Shown piece by piece: positions 47,980 to 56,510 of a stretch of 64,000 bases of DNA. A program made the translations under genes and the position numbers. The notes below the pieces were generated by a model, which was given only the letters and a program-made list of their open reading frames with translations, had not been told where the DNA came from and made no database searches. The stretch comes from Hyphomicrobiales bacterium (GTDB lineage Bacteria > Pseudomonadota > Alphaproteobacteria > Rhizobiales > JAKPQE01), in the NCBI GenBank assembly GCA_041397845.1, contig JAWKVW010000017.1, forward strand, positions 3,503 to 67,502. The letters run 5' to 3'. The number at the start of each line of letters is the position of its first letter. The stretch's first letter is position 1.

Positions 47980-50900
47980 ATGAATTATCAGGGCGATTTC
48001 CTGAAGCCAAAATCAAATATTACAATCGACGATATACTCGCGAATCCCGACGCGAACGAAACAAAACAGAAACATATCAATTCGATAGTCAACGTACAGC
48101 CTGAATATTCGGTTGTGCGTTATGATATCGTCAATCCACTGCTTTATCTGGACTTCAAGGGTGTCGGAATTCTAACGTCGGCAATAGCATTCGGCCGATT
48201 GCTGTTTCAGGGAACTGATGCTTATACATATCCCGTCGAGAATATCGAGGCGATCATTGCTGCCGCCGGCGGTGATGGCATCGACCGCCTGTCGGCCCGG
48301 CAGGGTTGGCTCGACGCGCCGCTGGTCGAGGAAGAGGCCGTTTATTCCAGCGGCAATGACGACCTCTCCGTCTGGCAGGGCGCCGATTTCCGGGCGGGCG
48401 AGACATTCGGTCACGGCGCCCATCGTCCGGTTGATGCCGCTGGCGACCTGACGCGCGCGCACCGCCTGCCGGTCGATGCGCCCGTCCCCGGCGCCGCCGC
48501 AAGGATTGGCACGACGCCGGCCGTCGCCGTCGACGAAGTGGCAGAAGACGATCGGCCGGACGCCCCGCAGGGTCCGCAGCCCGCCGACATGGCGCCGCTC
48601 GATATTCGCCTCGACGCCGGCGCGCTTGCCGAGGGAGTGGCCGCCGGAACGGTCGTCGGCCGGCTCTCGACACTCGACGAGGACGGTGCCGACAGCTTCC
48701 GCTATCAGCTTCTGGCCACGTCGACACCGGGCTTTGCCGTCGTCGGCGACCAGATCGTCGTCGTCGACCCGACGGTCGTCGATTTCGAGGCAATCACCGA
48801 ACTCGTCTTCAATGTGCGGGTGACCGATCGCTTCGGCCACACCCTGACGAAGTCCTTCACCGTGGCGGTCGAGGACGTCAATGAACGTCCGACCGATATC
48901 GTCCTTGCCGGCGGCGGGGTCGACGAGAATGCGATTGCCGGGACGGTCGTCGCGACGCTTTCAGCGGTCGACGAGGACGCCGGCGAGACGTTCAGCTACG
49001 CGATCACGGCCGATCCCTCCGGCTATTTCGAAATCATCGGCAACGAGATCCGGGTGAAGGCCGGCGCATCGCTCGACTTCGAGGCCGCGACCAGCCACGA
49101 CGTCACCGTCCGCGTGACGGATGCCGGCGGCAACAGCTACGACAAGACGTTCACGCTTTCTGTCGCCGACACGGCCGAAAACCTCGTCCTGACCGCCGGC
49201 GACGACATCTTTGCCGATTCCGGCGTGACGGAACTCTCCGTCGACGGCGGCGCCGGCAATGACACGCTGATGGGTGGTCTTGGCGACGACACGCTGCTTG
49301 GCGGCCTCGGTGACGATGTTCTCGATGGCGGCGCCGGCGACAACGAGCTGCATGGCGGCGCCGGCAACGACACCCTGATCGGAACGGTGCCGGGCGACGT
49401 CCTTTATGGCGACGACGGCAACGATACCTTCCTCGTCACCGGTGCGGCGACGATCTCCGGCGGCGATGGCCTCGACGTCATCCTCGGCAGCATCGGCGAC
49501 GATATCTTCGCCCTGCTCGACAATACGATCGAGATGATCGACGGCGGCGCCGGCGTCGACACAGTCGCAGGTACCGGCGGCGATGATGTCATCGACCTCG
49601 CCGGAACGCTGCTGAACGGCGTCGAGCTCATCGATGCCGGGGCGGGCGATGACACGATCATCGGCAGTGCCGGCTCGGACACCATCGAGGGTGGTGCGGG
49701 CAGCGACCATGTCGTCCTGTCCGGCAACTGGTCGGACTATACGATCAGCCATGACGGCGCGACGGGGGCGTATACGCTCGTCGACAACCGCGCCGGCTCG
49801 CCGGACGGCTCTGACGTCATCTCCGGCGTCGAGGTTTTCGAATTCGCCGACCGCACGATCACCGTCGCCGACCCGGCCGATCTGCTCAATGATGCCCCGA
49901 CCGACATCACTGCGACCGGGCCGCTCGCTGTCGACGAAACCCTCGCGAATGGCGGCACCATTGCGCCGGCGTTCGATCCTGCCGGAACCGTGGTCGCGAC
50001 CCTTGGCGTCGTCGACGCCGATGGCGGCGACAGCCACACCTATGCCCTTGCCGAAACCCGCGATGCCGGCGGCTTCGTCGTTGCCGACGGACCGTTCGAG
50101 GTGTTCGAGGACGCTGGCGGCGACTGGATGGTCCGCGTCAAGGCCGGCGCGACGCTCGACTACGAGACGTCGTCGCAATACGCCCTCGACGTCACCGTCA
50201 CCGATGCGGCCGGCGCCAGCTACACCAGGACGCTGACCATCGCCATCAATGACGTGATGGGCACCTATGCCGGCTCGACCGGCGCCGACACCCTGACGGG
50301 CACGTCCGAGGAAGACGAAATCTCGACCGGTGACGGCAACGACGTCATCAATGGCTCGGTCGGCGCCGATACGATCGACGGCGGCGCCGGCGTCGATACC
50401 GTTTCCTACAGCAGCGGCTCCGACGACATCACCGTCGACCTTGCCGCCGGTACCGGCACGGGCGGCCTTGCCGACGGCGACACCTACCGGAATGTCGAGC
50501 GGGTCGTCGGCGGCGCCGGCAATGACACGCTGATCGCCTCCGATGTCGACAGCGGCTACTTCTGGGGCCGGGCGGGCGACGATTCCCTTCTCGGCGGCGC
50601 AGCCGACGACTACCTCTACGGCGGCGATGGTGCCGACACCATCGACGGCGGCAACGGATCGGACTGGGCCCGCTATGGCGATGGCACCGACAGCGTCACC
50701 GTCGATCTCAACGCCGCGACCCAGAGCGGCGGCTTTGCCGAGGGCGACAGGCTCATCGACATCGAGAATGTCGAGGGCAGCCGCGGCAACGACGTCCTCA
50801 CCGGCGATGCCGGCGACAACCGGTTCATGGGCTATGACGGCGCCGACACCATTTCCGGCGGTGCCGGCGATGACGTCCTGCAGGGCTGGGGCTGGTGGAG

Positions 50901-53900
50901 CGGCCAGGGCGAGGGCGTCGATGGCGACGACGTCCTGTCCGGCGGCGACGGCAACGACGTCCTGGAAGGCCAGTTCGGCAACGACACGCTCTCGGGTGAT
51001 GCCGGCAACGACACGCTGACCGGCGGCATGGGCGCCGATCTCGTCGATGGCGGCGCCGGCACCGACACGGCGGTCTTCGCCGGCAATCGCGCCGACTATG
51101 TCATCGGCTATGACGCGGCGACCGACACCTACACGATCGCCGACACGGTCATTGACCGCGATGGCACCGACACGGTCGTCAATGTCGAGAACTTCCAGTT
51201 CGCCGACGGCACCTTCACGGCAGCGACACTGCTCAACGCCATAACCGGCACGGCCGGAAACGACACGCTGACCGGCACCGGCGGCTCCGACATCATCAGC
51301 GGCGGCGCCGGCAACGACACCATCGACGGCGGCGGCGCCGACGATGCGCTCGTGATGACCGGCGCGATCGCCGATTACGACCTCGTCGACAATGGCGACG
51401 GCAGCTTCACCATCACCGATCTGCGCGCCGGCAGCCCGGACGGTAGCGACACCTTCAGCAACATCGAATTCCTGCGATTTGCCGACGTGACCGTCGCGGT
51501 CTCGAGCCTCGTCCTTGGCACGGCCGGCAATGATACGCTCGACGGCACGGCCGGCGCCGACGTCATGTTCGGCAATGGCGGAACGGACAATCTCAACGGC
51601 AGCGAGGGCGCCGATATCCTCATCGGCGGTTCTGGCACGGATTTCGTCCGCTACACCGCCGACACGACCGGCGTCACCATCGATCTGTCGACCGGCACAG
51701 GTTCCGGCGGCCTTGCCGAGGGCGACACCTATTTCGGCATCGAGCGCGCCGTTGGCGGCCTCGCCGACGATCTCCTCATCGGCGACGGCGATGACAACAT
51801 CCTCTATGGCCGCGTCGGCGACGACACCATCGACGGCGGCGCCGGCAACGACAGCCTGTTCGGCGATGGCGGCAACGACGTCGTGTCCGGCGGCGCCGGC
51901 GGCGACCAGATCACCGGCGGTGATGGTGCCGATACGCTCGATGGCGGCGACGGTGCCGACTATCTGAAATATGACAGCGACAGCATCGGCGTGACCATCG
52001 ACCTCGGTGCCGGCACCGCGTCCGGCGGCGAGGCCGAAGGCGACGTCATCTCGAACTTCGAGCATGTCGCCGGCGGCTCCGGCAACGACGTCATCACCGG
52101 CGACGCTGGCGCCAACAGTCTGCTCGGCCGGGCCGGTGACGATGTCCTGTCCGGCGGCGGCGGCAACGACACGCTGCTTGGCGAGGTCGGCAACGACACC
52201 CTTTATGGCGATGACGGCGACGATTCCCTGACCGGCGGCTCGGGCGACGACATCATTGATGGCGGCACGGGCACCGACACCGTCCGCTTCACCGGCGCCC
52301 GCGCCGACTATGTCATCACCTATGACAGCGCCACCGGCACCTACACCATCGCCGACACGGTCGCCGGCCGCGACGGCACCGACACGGTCGTCAATGTCGA
52401 GAACTTCCAGTTCTCCGATGGCACCCTGTCGGCGGCGGCGGTTCTCAATTCCATCGACGGCACGGCCGGCGACGACACGCTGACCGGCACCGACGGCACC
52501 GACATCATCAATGGCGATGCCGGCAACGACACCATCGACGCCGGCGCGGGCGCCGATACGGTCACCGGCGGCGCCGGCAACGACGTCATCGAGGGCGGCG
52601 CCGGCACCGACACGCTCATTCTCTCCGGCAACGCCGCCGACTACGACATCACCGGCGATCCGGCCGGCACGATGGTCATCACCGACCTGCGCGCCGGTTC
52701 GCCCGACGGCACGGACACCGTGTCCGGATTCGAGTTCATCACGTTCGCCGACCGCACCATCGCCGTCGCCGATATCCTTATCGGCACCGACAACGCCGAT
52801 ACGCTTGTCGGTTCCGATGCGGCCAATCTCATCTATGGCCTCGACGACGTCGACGGCAACGACATCCTCAAGGGTGGCGCCGGCGACGACGTCATCATGG
52901 GTGGCGCCGGCATCGACATCATTGCCGGCGGCAGCGGCGCCGACACGCTCGACGGCGGTACGGGCTCCGACTATCTCGACTATCGCGACTCCACGGCCGG
53001 CGTCACCGTCGACATCGCCAGCCAGACGGTGTCCGGTGGCGATGCAGAGGGCGATGTCGTCTCCAATTTTGAAAACGTCTATGGCTCGGATTCTGCGGAC
53101 ACGCTGACCGGCGATGACAGCCGCAACGTCCTTCATGGCTTTGACGGCAACGACACGATCTTCGGCGCCGGCGGTGACGACATTCTGCATGGCCGGGACG
53201 GTGCCGACACCATCGACGGCGGCGATGGCGCCGATACCGCCTCCTACAACTACTCGACGGCCGGCGTCACCGTGAACCTTGCGACCGGCACGGGCAGTGG
53301 CGGCGAGGCCGAGGGCGATGTCCTCTACAATATCGAGAACGTCCGCGGCTCGAACCACGATGACGTCATCACCGGTGATGCCGGTGCCAACACGCTGACC
53401 GCCGAGGACGGCGACGACACCATCGACGGCGGCGGCGGCAACGACATCGTCGATGGCGGGGCCGGCACCGACACCCTCGTCCTGTCCGGCAACTGGTCCG
53501 ACTACGAGATCACCTATGCCTCGGGAACCGGCGCCTACACGTTGACCGACCGGCGCGCCGGCTCGCCGGATGGCACCGACACGGTCACCGGTGTCGAGAT
53601 CTTCCAGTTCGCCGACCGCTCCATCACCGTCACCGACCCGGCCGACCTGCTGAACGAGGCGCCGACGGATCTCGCCTTCACGGGCGGCTCCGCCGACGAG
53701 AATGCCGCGAACGGCACGCTGGTCGCGACCGCCACCGCGACTGATGGCGATGCCGGCGACGTCCTGACCTACAGCCTCCTCGACGATGCCGGCGGCGCAT
53801 TCGCGATCGATGGAACGACCGGCGCGATCACCGTCGCCGATGCAACGAAGCTCGACTACGAAACCGCCGCGACCATGGACATTGTCGTCCGCGTCACCGA

Positions 53901-56109
53901 TGCCGGCGGCCTCACCCATGACGAGACGGTGACGATTTCGCTCGCCGATCTCGACGAGTTCGACGTGACGACGCCCGTCGATGCTGATGCGGCGGCGAAT
54001 GTCGTTGCCGAAAATGCCGCCGGCGGCACCACGGTCGGCATCACCGCAAGCGCCGCCGATGCCGACGGCACGACCAGCGCGGTCACCTATTCCCTCGTCG
54101 ACGCGGTGGGTGATCCGGTCGTCGGCGGACCGTTCGTCATCGATGCCGCGACCGGCGTCGTCACCGTCGCCGACGGCGCCGTGCTCGACTATGAGGCCGC
54201 GGCCAGCCACACCGTCTATGTCAAGGCGGCGAGCGCCGATGGCTCCTCGGCAACCGAGACCTTCACGGTCAATCTGTCCGACGTCAACGAAACGGCTGTC
54301 TCCGCGGTTTCCGACAGCGCAGCGGCGGCAAACGCGGTCGACGAGAACGCCACTGTCGGCAGCCTCGTCGGCATCACCGCGCTGGCGAGTGACGCCGACG
54401 GCACCGATACCGTCACCTACGCCCTGACCGATGATGCCGGCGGCCGCTTTGCCATCGATGCAACGACCGGTGTCGTCACCGTTGCTGGCAGTCTCGATGC
54501 CGAGACGGCGCTGTCCCACGTCATCGAGGTCACCGCCACCTCGACCGATGGTTCGACCTCGGTCGCGACCTTCACCATCGCCGTCAACGACCTCAACGAG
54601 ACCGCGATCAGCGCGATCTCCGACGCCGACGCGACTTCCGGTCCAGTCGCCGAATCCGCCGCGATCGGCAGCGCCGTCGGCATCACCGCCTATGCGGGCG
54701 ATCTCGACGCCACCGCGACCGTCACCTACAGCCTCACGTCAAACCAGGGCGGCTTCTTTGCCATCGACGCCAATACCGGCGTCGTCACCCTTGCCGGAGC
54801 GCTCGACTACGAAACCGCCCAGAGCCACACCATCACGGTCACCGCAACTTCGTCCGATGGCTCGACCTCGACGCGCAGCTTCACCATCGACGTCGGCGAC
54901 GTCGCCGAGACGATCACCGGCACCGCCGGCAACGACGTTCTCTCCGGCACCATCGGCCAGGACGTCATGCTCGGCCTTGCCGGCAACGACACGCTGGTCG
55001 CCAGCGCCGCCGCCGACAGCCTCGATGGCGGCGACGGCATTGATACCGCCGACTATTCGGCCTCGGCGACCGGCGTCACCATCGACCTTGCAAGCGGAAC
55101 TGGCTCGGGCGGCGATGCGGCCGGCGACACGCTGACCGCGATCGAGAACGTCGTCGGCTCGAACACCGGCGCCGATGCGATCACTGGCGACGGCAACACC
55201 AATTCCCTCGAGGGCGGCGGCGGCAACGACACCATCGACGGCGGCGCCGGCGCCGATACGATCGATGGCGGCGACGGCAACGACGTTCTCTATGGCGGCG
55301 CCAACACGACGGGTGCCGACCAGATTCATGGCGGCGCCGGTGACGACACCATCGACGGCGGCACCGGGCTGAACTGGATCTGGACCGGCTCGGGCGCCGA
55401 CACCGTCGTCAATGGCGGCGGCAACGACATCCTGATCTACGAGGATTCGGACGCTGCCGTGACCGTCGACCTCACCGCCAACACCGCGTCCGGCGGCTAT
55501 GCCGAGGGCGACGTTTTTGGCGACAGCGTCTATGGCGTCAACGGCTCGGCCTTCGACGACGTGCTGACCGGCGATGCCGGCGGCAACTGGCTGCGCGGCC
55601 TTGCCGGCGACGACACCATCTTCGGCCTCGATGGCGGCGACACCATTCGCGGCGAGGCCGGCAACGACACCATCGACGGCGGCGCCGGCACCGATACGGT
55701 GTCTTTCTCGGGCAACTTCACCGACTATCTCATCCGGCGCAGCGGCGACAGCCTCATCGTCACCGACCAGCGCCCCGGCTCGCCCGATGGCACCGACACG
55801 CTTCTCAATGTCGAGACGCTGCAGTTCGCCGACGGCGCCGTCAGCGTCATCCTCGATGCCGACGGCGGCACCCTGATGGCCGGCGACGGCCGCAGCATCA
55901 TCCTCGGTGGCGTCGGCATCGATACCGACAAGAACATCGTCTACGACGAGGGCGGCGACGACCTCATCCTGCTGCAGGACGGCCGCAACGTCGTCTACAC
56001 CGGCGCCGGCAACGACACCGTCATCGGCGGTGCCGTCGGCACCGACCACATTTACGGTTCCGCCGGCGCCGACTGGTACGACGGCGGCGGCGGCCCAACG
56101 CCCATATGA
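47980..56109 (+). CDS. Giant secreted RTX/cadherin-like repeat protein, 5' segment (2709 codons, ends at a TGA inside a frame-disturbed patch)
   Basis: It contains many GGxGxDxUx nonapeptide runs (GGAGNDTLMGGLGDDTLLGGLGDDVLDGGAGDNEL...). Cadherin-like repeats have DENxxxG/DxDxG/NExPTD linkers. A ~50-aa module ...DY.ITYD..TGTYT..D.R.GSPDGTDT....E.F.FAD recurs. The gene is divergent from the T1SS operon. Confidence 0.9.
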   Translation: MNYQGDFLKPKSNITIDDILANPDANETKQKHINSIVNVQPEYSVVRYDIVNPLLYLDFKGVGILTSAIAFGRLLFQGTDAYTYPVENIEAIIAAAGGDGIDRLSARQGWLDAPLVEEEAVYSSGNDDLSVWQGADFRAGETFGHGAHRPVDAAGDLTRAHRLPVDAPVPGAAARIGTTPAVAVDEVAEDDRPDAPQGPQPADMAPLDIRLDAGALAEGVAAGTVVGRLSTLDEDGADSFRYQLLATSTPGFAVVGDQIVVVDPTVVDFEAITELVFNVRVTDRFGHTLTKSFTVAVEDVNERPTDIVLAGGGVDENAIAGTVVATLSAVDEDAGETFSYAITADPSGYFEIIGNEIRVKAGASLDFEAATSHDVTVRVTDAGGNSYDKTFTLSVADTAENLVLTAGDDIFADSGVTELSVDGGAGNDTLMGGLGDDTLLGGLGDDVLDGGAGDNELHGGAGNDTLIGTVPGDVLYGDDGNDTFLVTGAATISGGDGLDVILGSIGDDIFALLDNTIEMIDGGAGVDTVAGTGGDDVIDLAGTLLNGVELIDAGAGDDTIIGSAGSDTIEGGAGSDHVVLSGNWSDYTISHDGATGAYTLVDNRAGSPDGSDVISGVEVFEFADRTITVADPADLLNDAPTDITATGPLAVDETLANGGTIAPAFDPAGTVVATLGVVDADGGDSHTYALAETRDAGGFVVADGPFEVFEDAGGDWMVRVKAGATLDYETSSQYALDVTVTDAAGASYTRTLTIAINDVMGTYAGSTGADTLTGTSEEDEISTGDGNDVINGSVGADTIDGGAGVDTVSYSSGSDDITVDLAAGTGTGGLADGDTYRNVERVVGGAGNDTLIASDVDSGYFWGRAGDDSLLGGAADDYLYGGDGADTIDGGNGSDWARYGDGTDSVTVDLNAATQSGGFAEGDRLIDIENVEGSRGNDVLTGDAGDNRFMGYDGADTISGGAGDDVLQGWGWWSGQGEGVDGDDVLSGGDGNDVLEGQFGNDTLSGDAGNDTLTGGMGADLVDGGAGTDTAVFAGNRADYVIGYDAATDTYTIADTVIDRDGTDTVVNVENFQFADGTFTAATLLNAITGTAGNDTLTGTGGSDIISGGAGNDTIDGGGADDALVMTGAIADYDLVDNGDGSFTITDLRAGSPDGSDTFSNIEFLRFADVTVAVSSLVLGTAGNDTLDGTAGADVMFGNGGTDNLNGSEGADILIGGSGTDFVRYTADTTGVTIDLSTGTGSGGLAEGDTYFGIERAVGGLADDLLIGDGDDNILYGRVGDDTIDGGAGNDSLFGDGGNDVVSGGAGGDQITGGDGADTLDGGDGADYLKYDSDSIGVTIDLGAGTASGGEAEGDVISNFEHVAGGSGNDVITGDAGANSLLGRAGDDVLSGGGGNDTLLGEVGNDTLYGDDGDDSLTGGSGDDIIDGGTGTDTVRFTGARADYVITYDSATGTYTIADTVAGRDGTDTVVNVENFQFSDGTLSAAAVLNSIDGTAGDDTLTGTDGTDIINGDAGNDTIDAGAGADTVTGGAGNDVIEGGAGTDTLILSGNAADYDITGDPAGTMVITDLRAGSPDGTDTVSGFEFITFADRTIAVADILIGTDNADTLVGSDAANLIYGLDDVDGNDILKGGAGDDVIMGGAGIDIIAGGSGADTLDGGTGSDYLDYRDSTAGVTVDIASQTVSGGDAEGDVVSNFENVYGSDSADTLTGDDSRNVLHGFDGNDTIFGAGGDDILHGRDGADTIDGGDGADTASYNYSTAGVTVNLATGTGSGGEAEGDVLYNIENVRGSNHDDVITGDAGANTLTAEDGDDTIDGGGGNDIVDGGAGTDTLVLSGNWSDYEITYASGTGAYTLTDRRAGSPDGTDTVTGVEIFQFADRSITVTDPADLLNEAPTDLAFTGGSADENAANGTLVATATATDGDAGDVLTYSLLDDAGGAFAIDGTTGAITVADATKLDYETAATMDIVVRVTDAGGLTHDETVTISLADLDEFDVTTPVDADAAANVVAENAAGGTTVGITASAADADGTTSAVTYSLVDAVGDPVVGGPFVIDAATGVVTVADGAVLDYEAAASHTVYVKAASADGSSATETFTVNLSDVNETAVSAVSDSAAAANAVDENATVGSLVGITALASDADGTDTVTYALTDDAGGRFAIDATTGVVTVAGSLDAETALSHVIEVTATSTDGSTSVATFTIAVNDLNETAISAISDADATSGPVAESAAIGSAVGITAYAGDLDATATVTYSLTSNQGGFFAIDANTGVVTLAGALDYETAQSHTITVTATSSDGSTSTRSFTIDVGDVAETITGTAGNDVLSGTIGQDVMLGLAGNDTLVASAAADSLDGGDGIDTADYSASATGVTIDLASGTGSGGDAAGDTLTAIENVVGSNTGADAITGDGNTNSLEGGGGNDTIDGGAGADTIDGGDGNDVLYGGANTTGADQIHGGAGDDTIDGGTGLNWIWTGSGADTVVNGGGNDILIYEDSDAAVTVDLTANTASGGYAEGDVFGDSVYGVNGSAFDDVLTGDAGGNWLRGLAGDDTIFGLDGGDTIRGEAGNDTIDGGAGTDTVSFSGNFTDYLIRRSGDSLIVTDQRPGSPDGTDTLLNVETLQFADGAVSVILDADGGTLMAGDGRSIILGGVGIDTDKNIVYDEGGDDLILLQDGRNVVYTGAGNDTVIGGAVGTDHIYGSAGADWYDGGGGPTPI

Positions 56110-56510
56110 TCTGCTAGCTCATCGGCGACCGGCGTGACCGTCGACCTGACGACCGGCGCTGCCTCGGGCGGCGACGCCGAGGGCGATACCCTCATCGACA
56201 TCGCCGCGGTCAGCGGCTCCGATACGCCGACGTTCTCACCGGCACCTGGGTCGGCGGCGAAGGCGGCAGCGACCTGATCGCCGGCACGGACGGCGATGAG
56301 CGTGTACCTGATGGGCGGCGGCGGCAACGACACCATCGATGGCGGCACCGGCGCCGACACCGCATGGTTCACCGGCAACTGGTCCGACTACGCCGTCACC
56401 TATGACGGCGGCACGGATACCTACACCGTCACCGACCGCCGTGCCGGATCGCCAGACGGCGTCGATGTCATCAGAAATGTCGAGTTCTTCCACTTTGCCG
56501 ATGGCACTGT
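56110..56510 (+). other. Frame-disturbed patch joining the two halves of the giant gene
   Basis: Coding-like sequence hops frames 1>2>1>3>1>3. The segments are YDLLAH (frame 2), SSATGVTVDLTTGAASGGDAEGDTLIDIAAVSGSD (frame 1), YADVLTGTWVGGEGGSDLIAGTDGDERV (frame 3) and YLMGGGGNDTIDGG...FHFADGTV (frame 1), followed by SAADVLNDAPTD (frame 3). Confidence 0.8.

Noticed and set aside
48961-54519. 1852-aa ORF on the minus strand, antisense to the giant RTX gene
   Set aside because: Its translation is low-complexity Gly/Ala/Asp/Val/Arg with no recognisable motif. The plus-strand frame has clear RTX and cadherin-like motifs. GC-rich repetitive codons (GGC/GCC/GAC) leave the antisense frame free of stops, so this is a shadow ORF.
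49200-55700. Highly periodic nucleotide repeats that could be mistaken for a CRISPR array or satellite
   Set aside because: The periodicity follows the coding GGxGxDxUx nonapeptide and the domain repeats. There are no unique spacers and no cas genes.
56107-56109. In-frame TGA in the giant gene as selenocysteine or programmed readthrough
   Set aside because: The codon lies inside a short out-of-frame patch, where the protein-like reading is in frame 2. Four further frame changes follow within 400 nt. No SECIS-like hairpin was evident.
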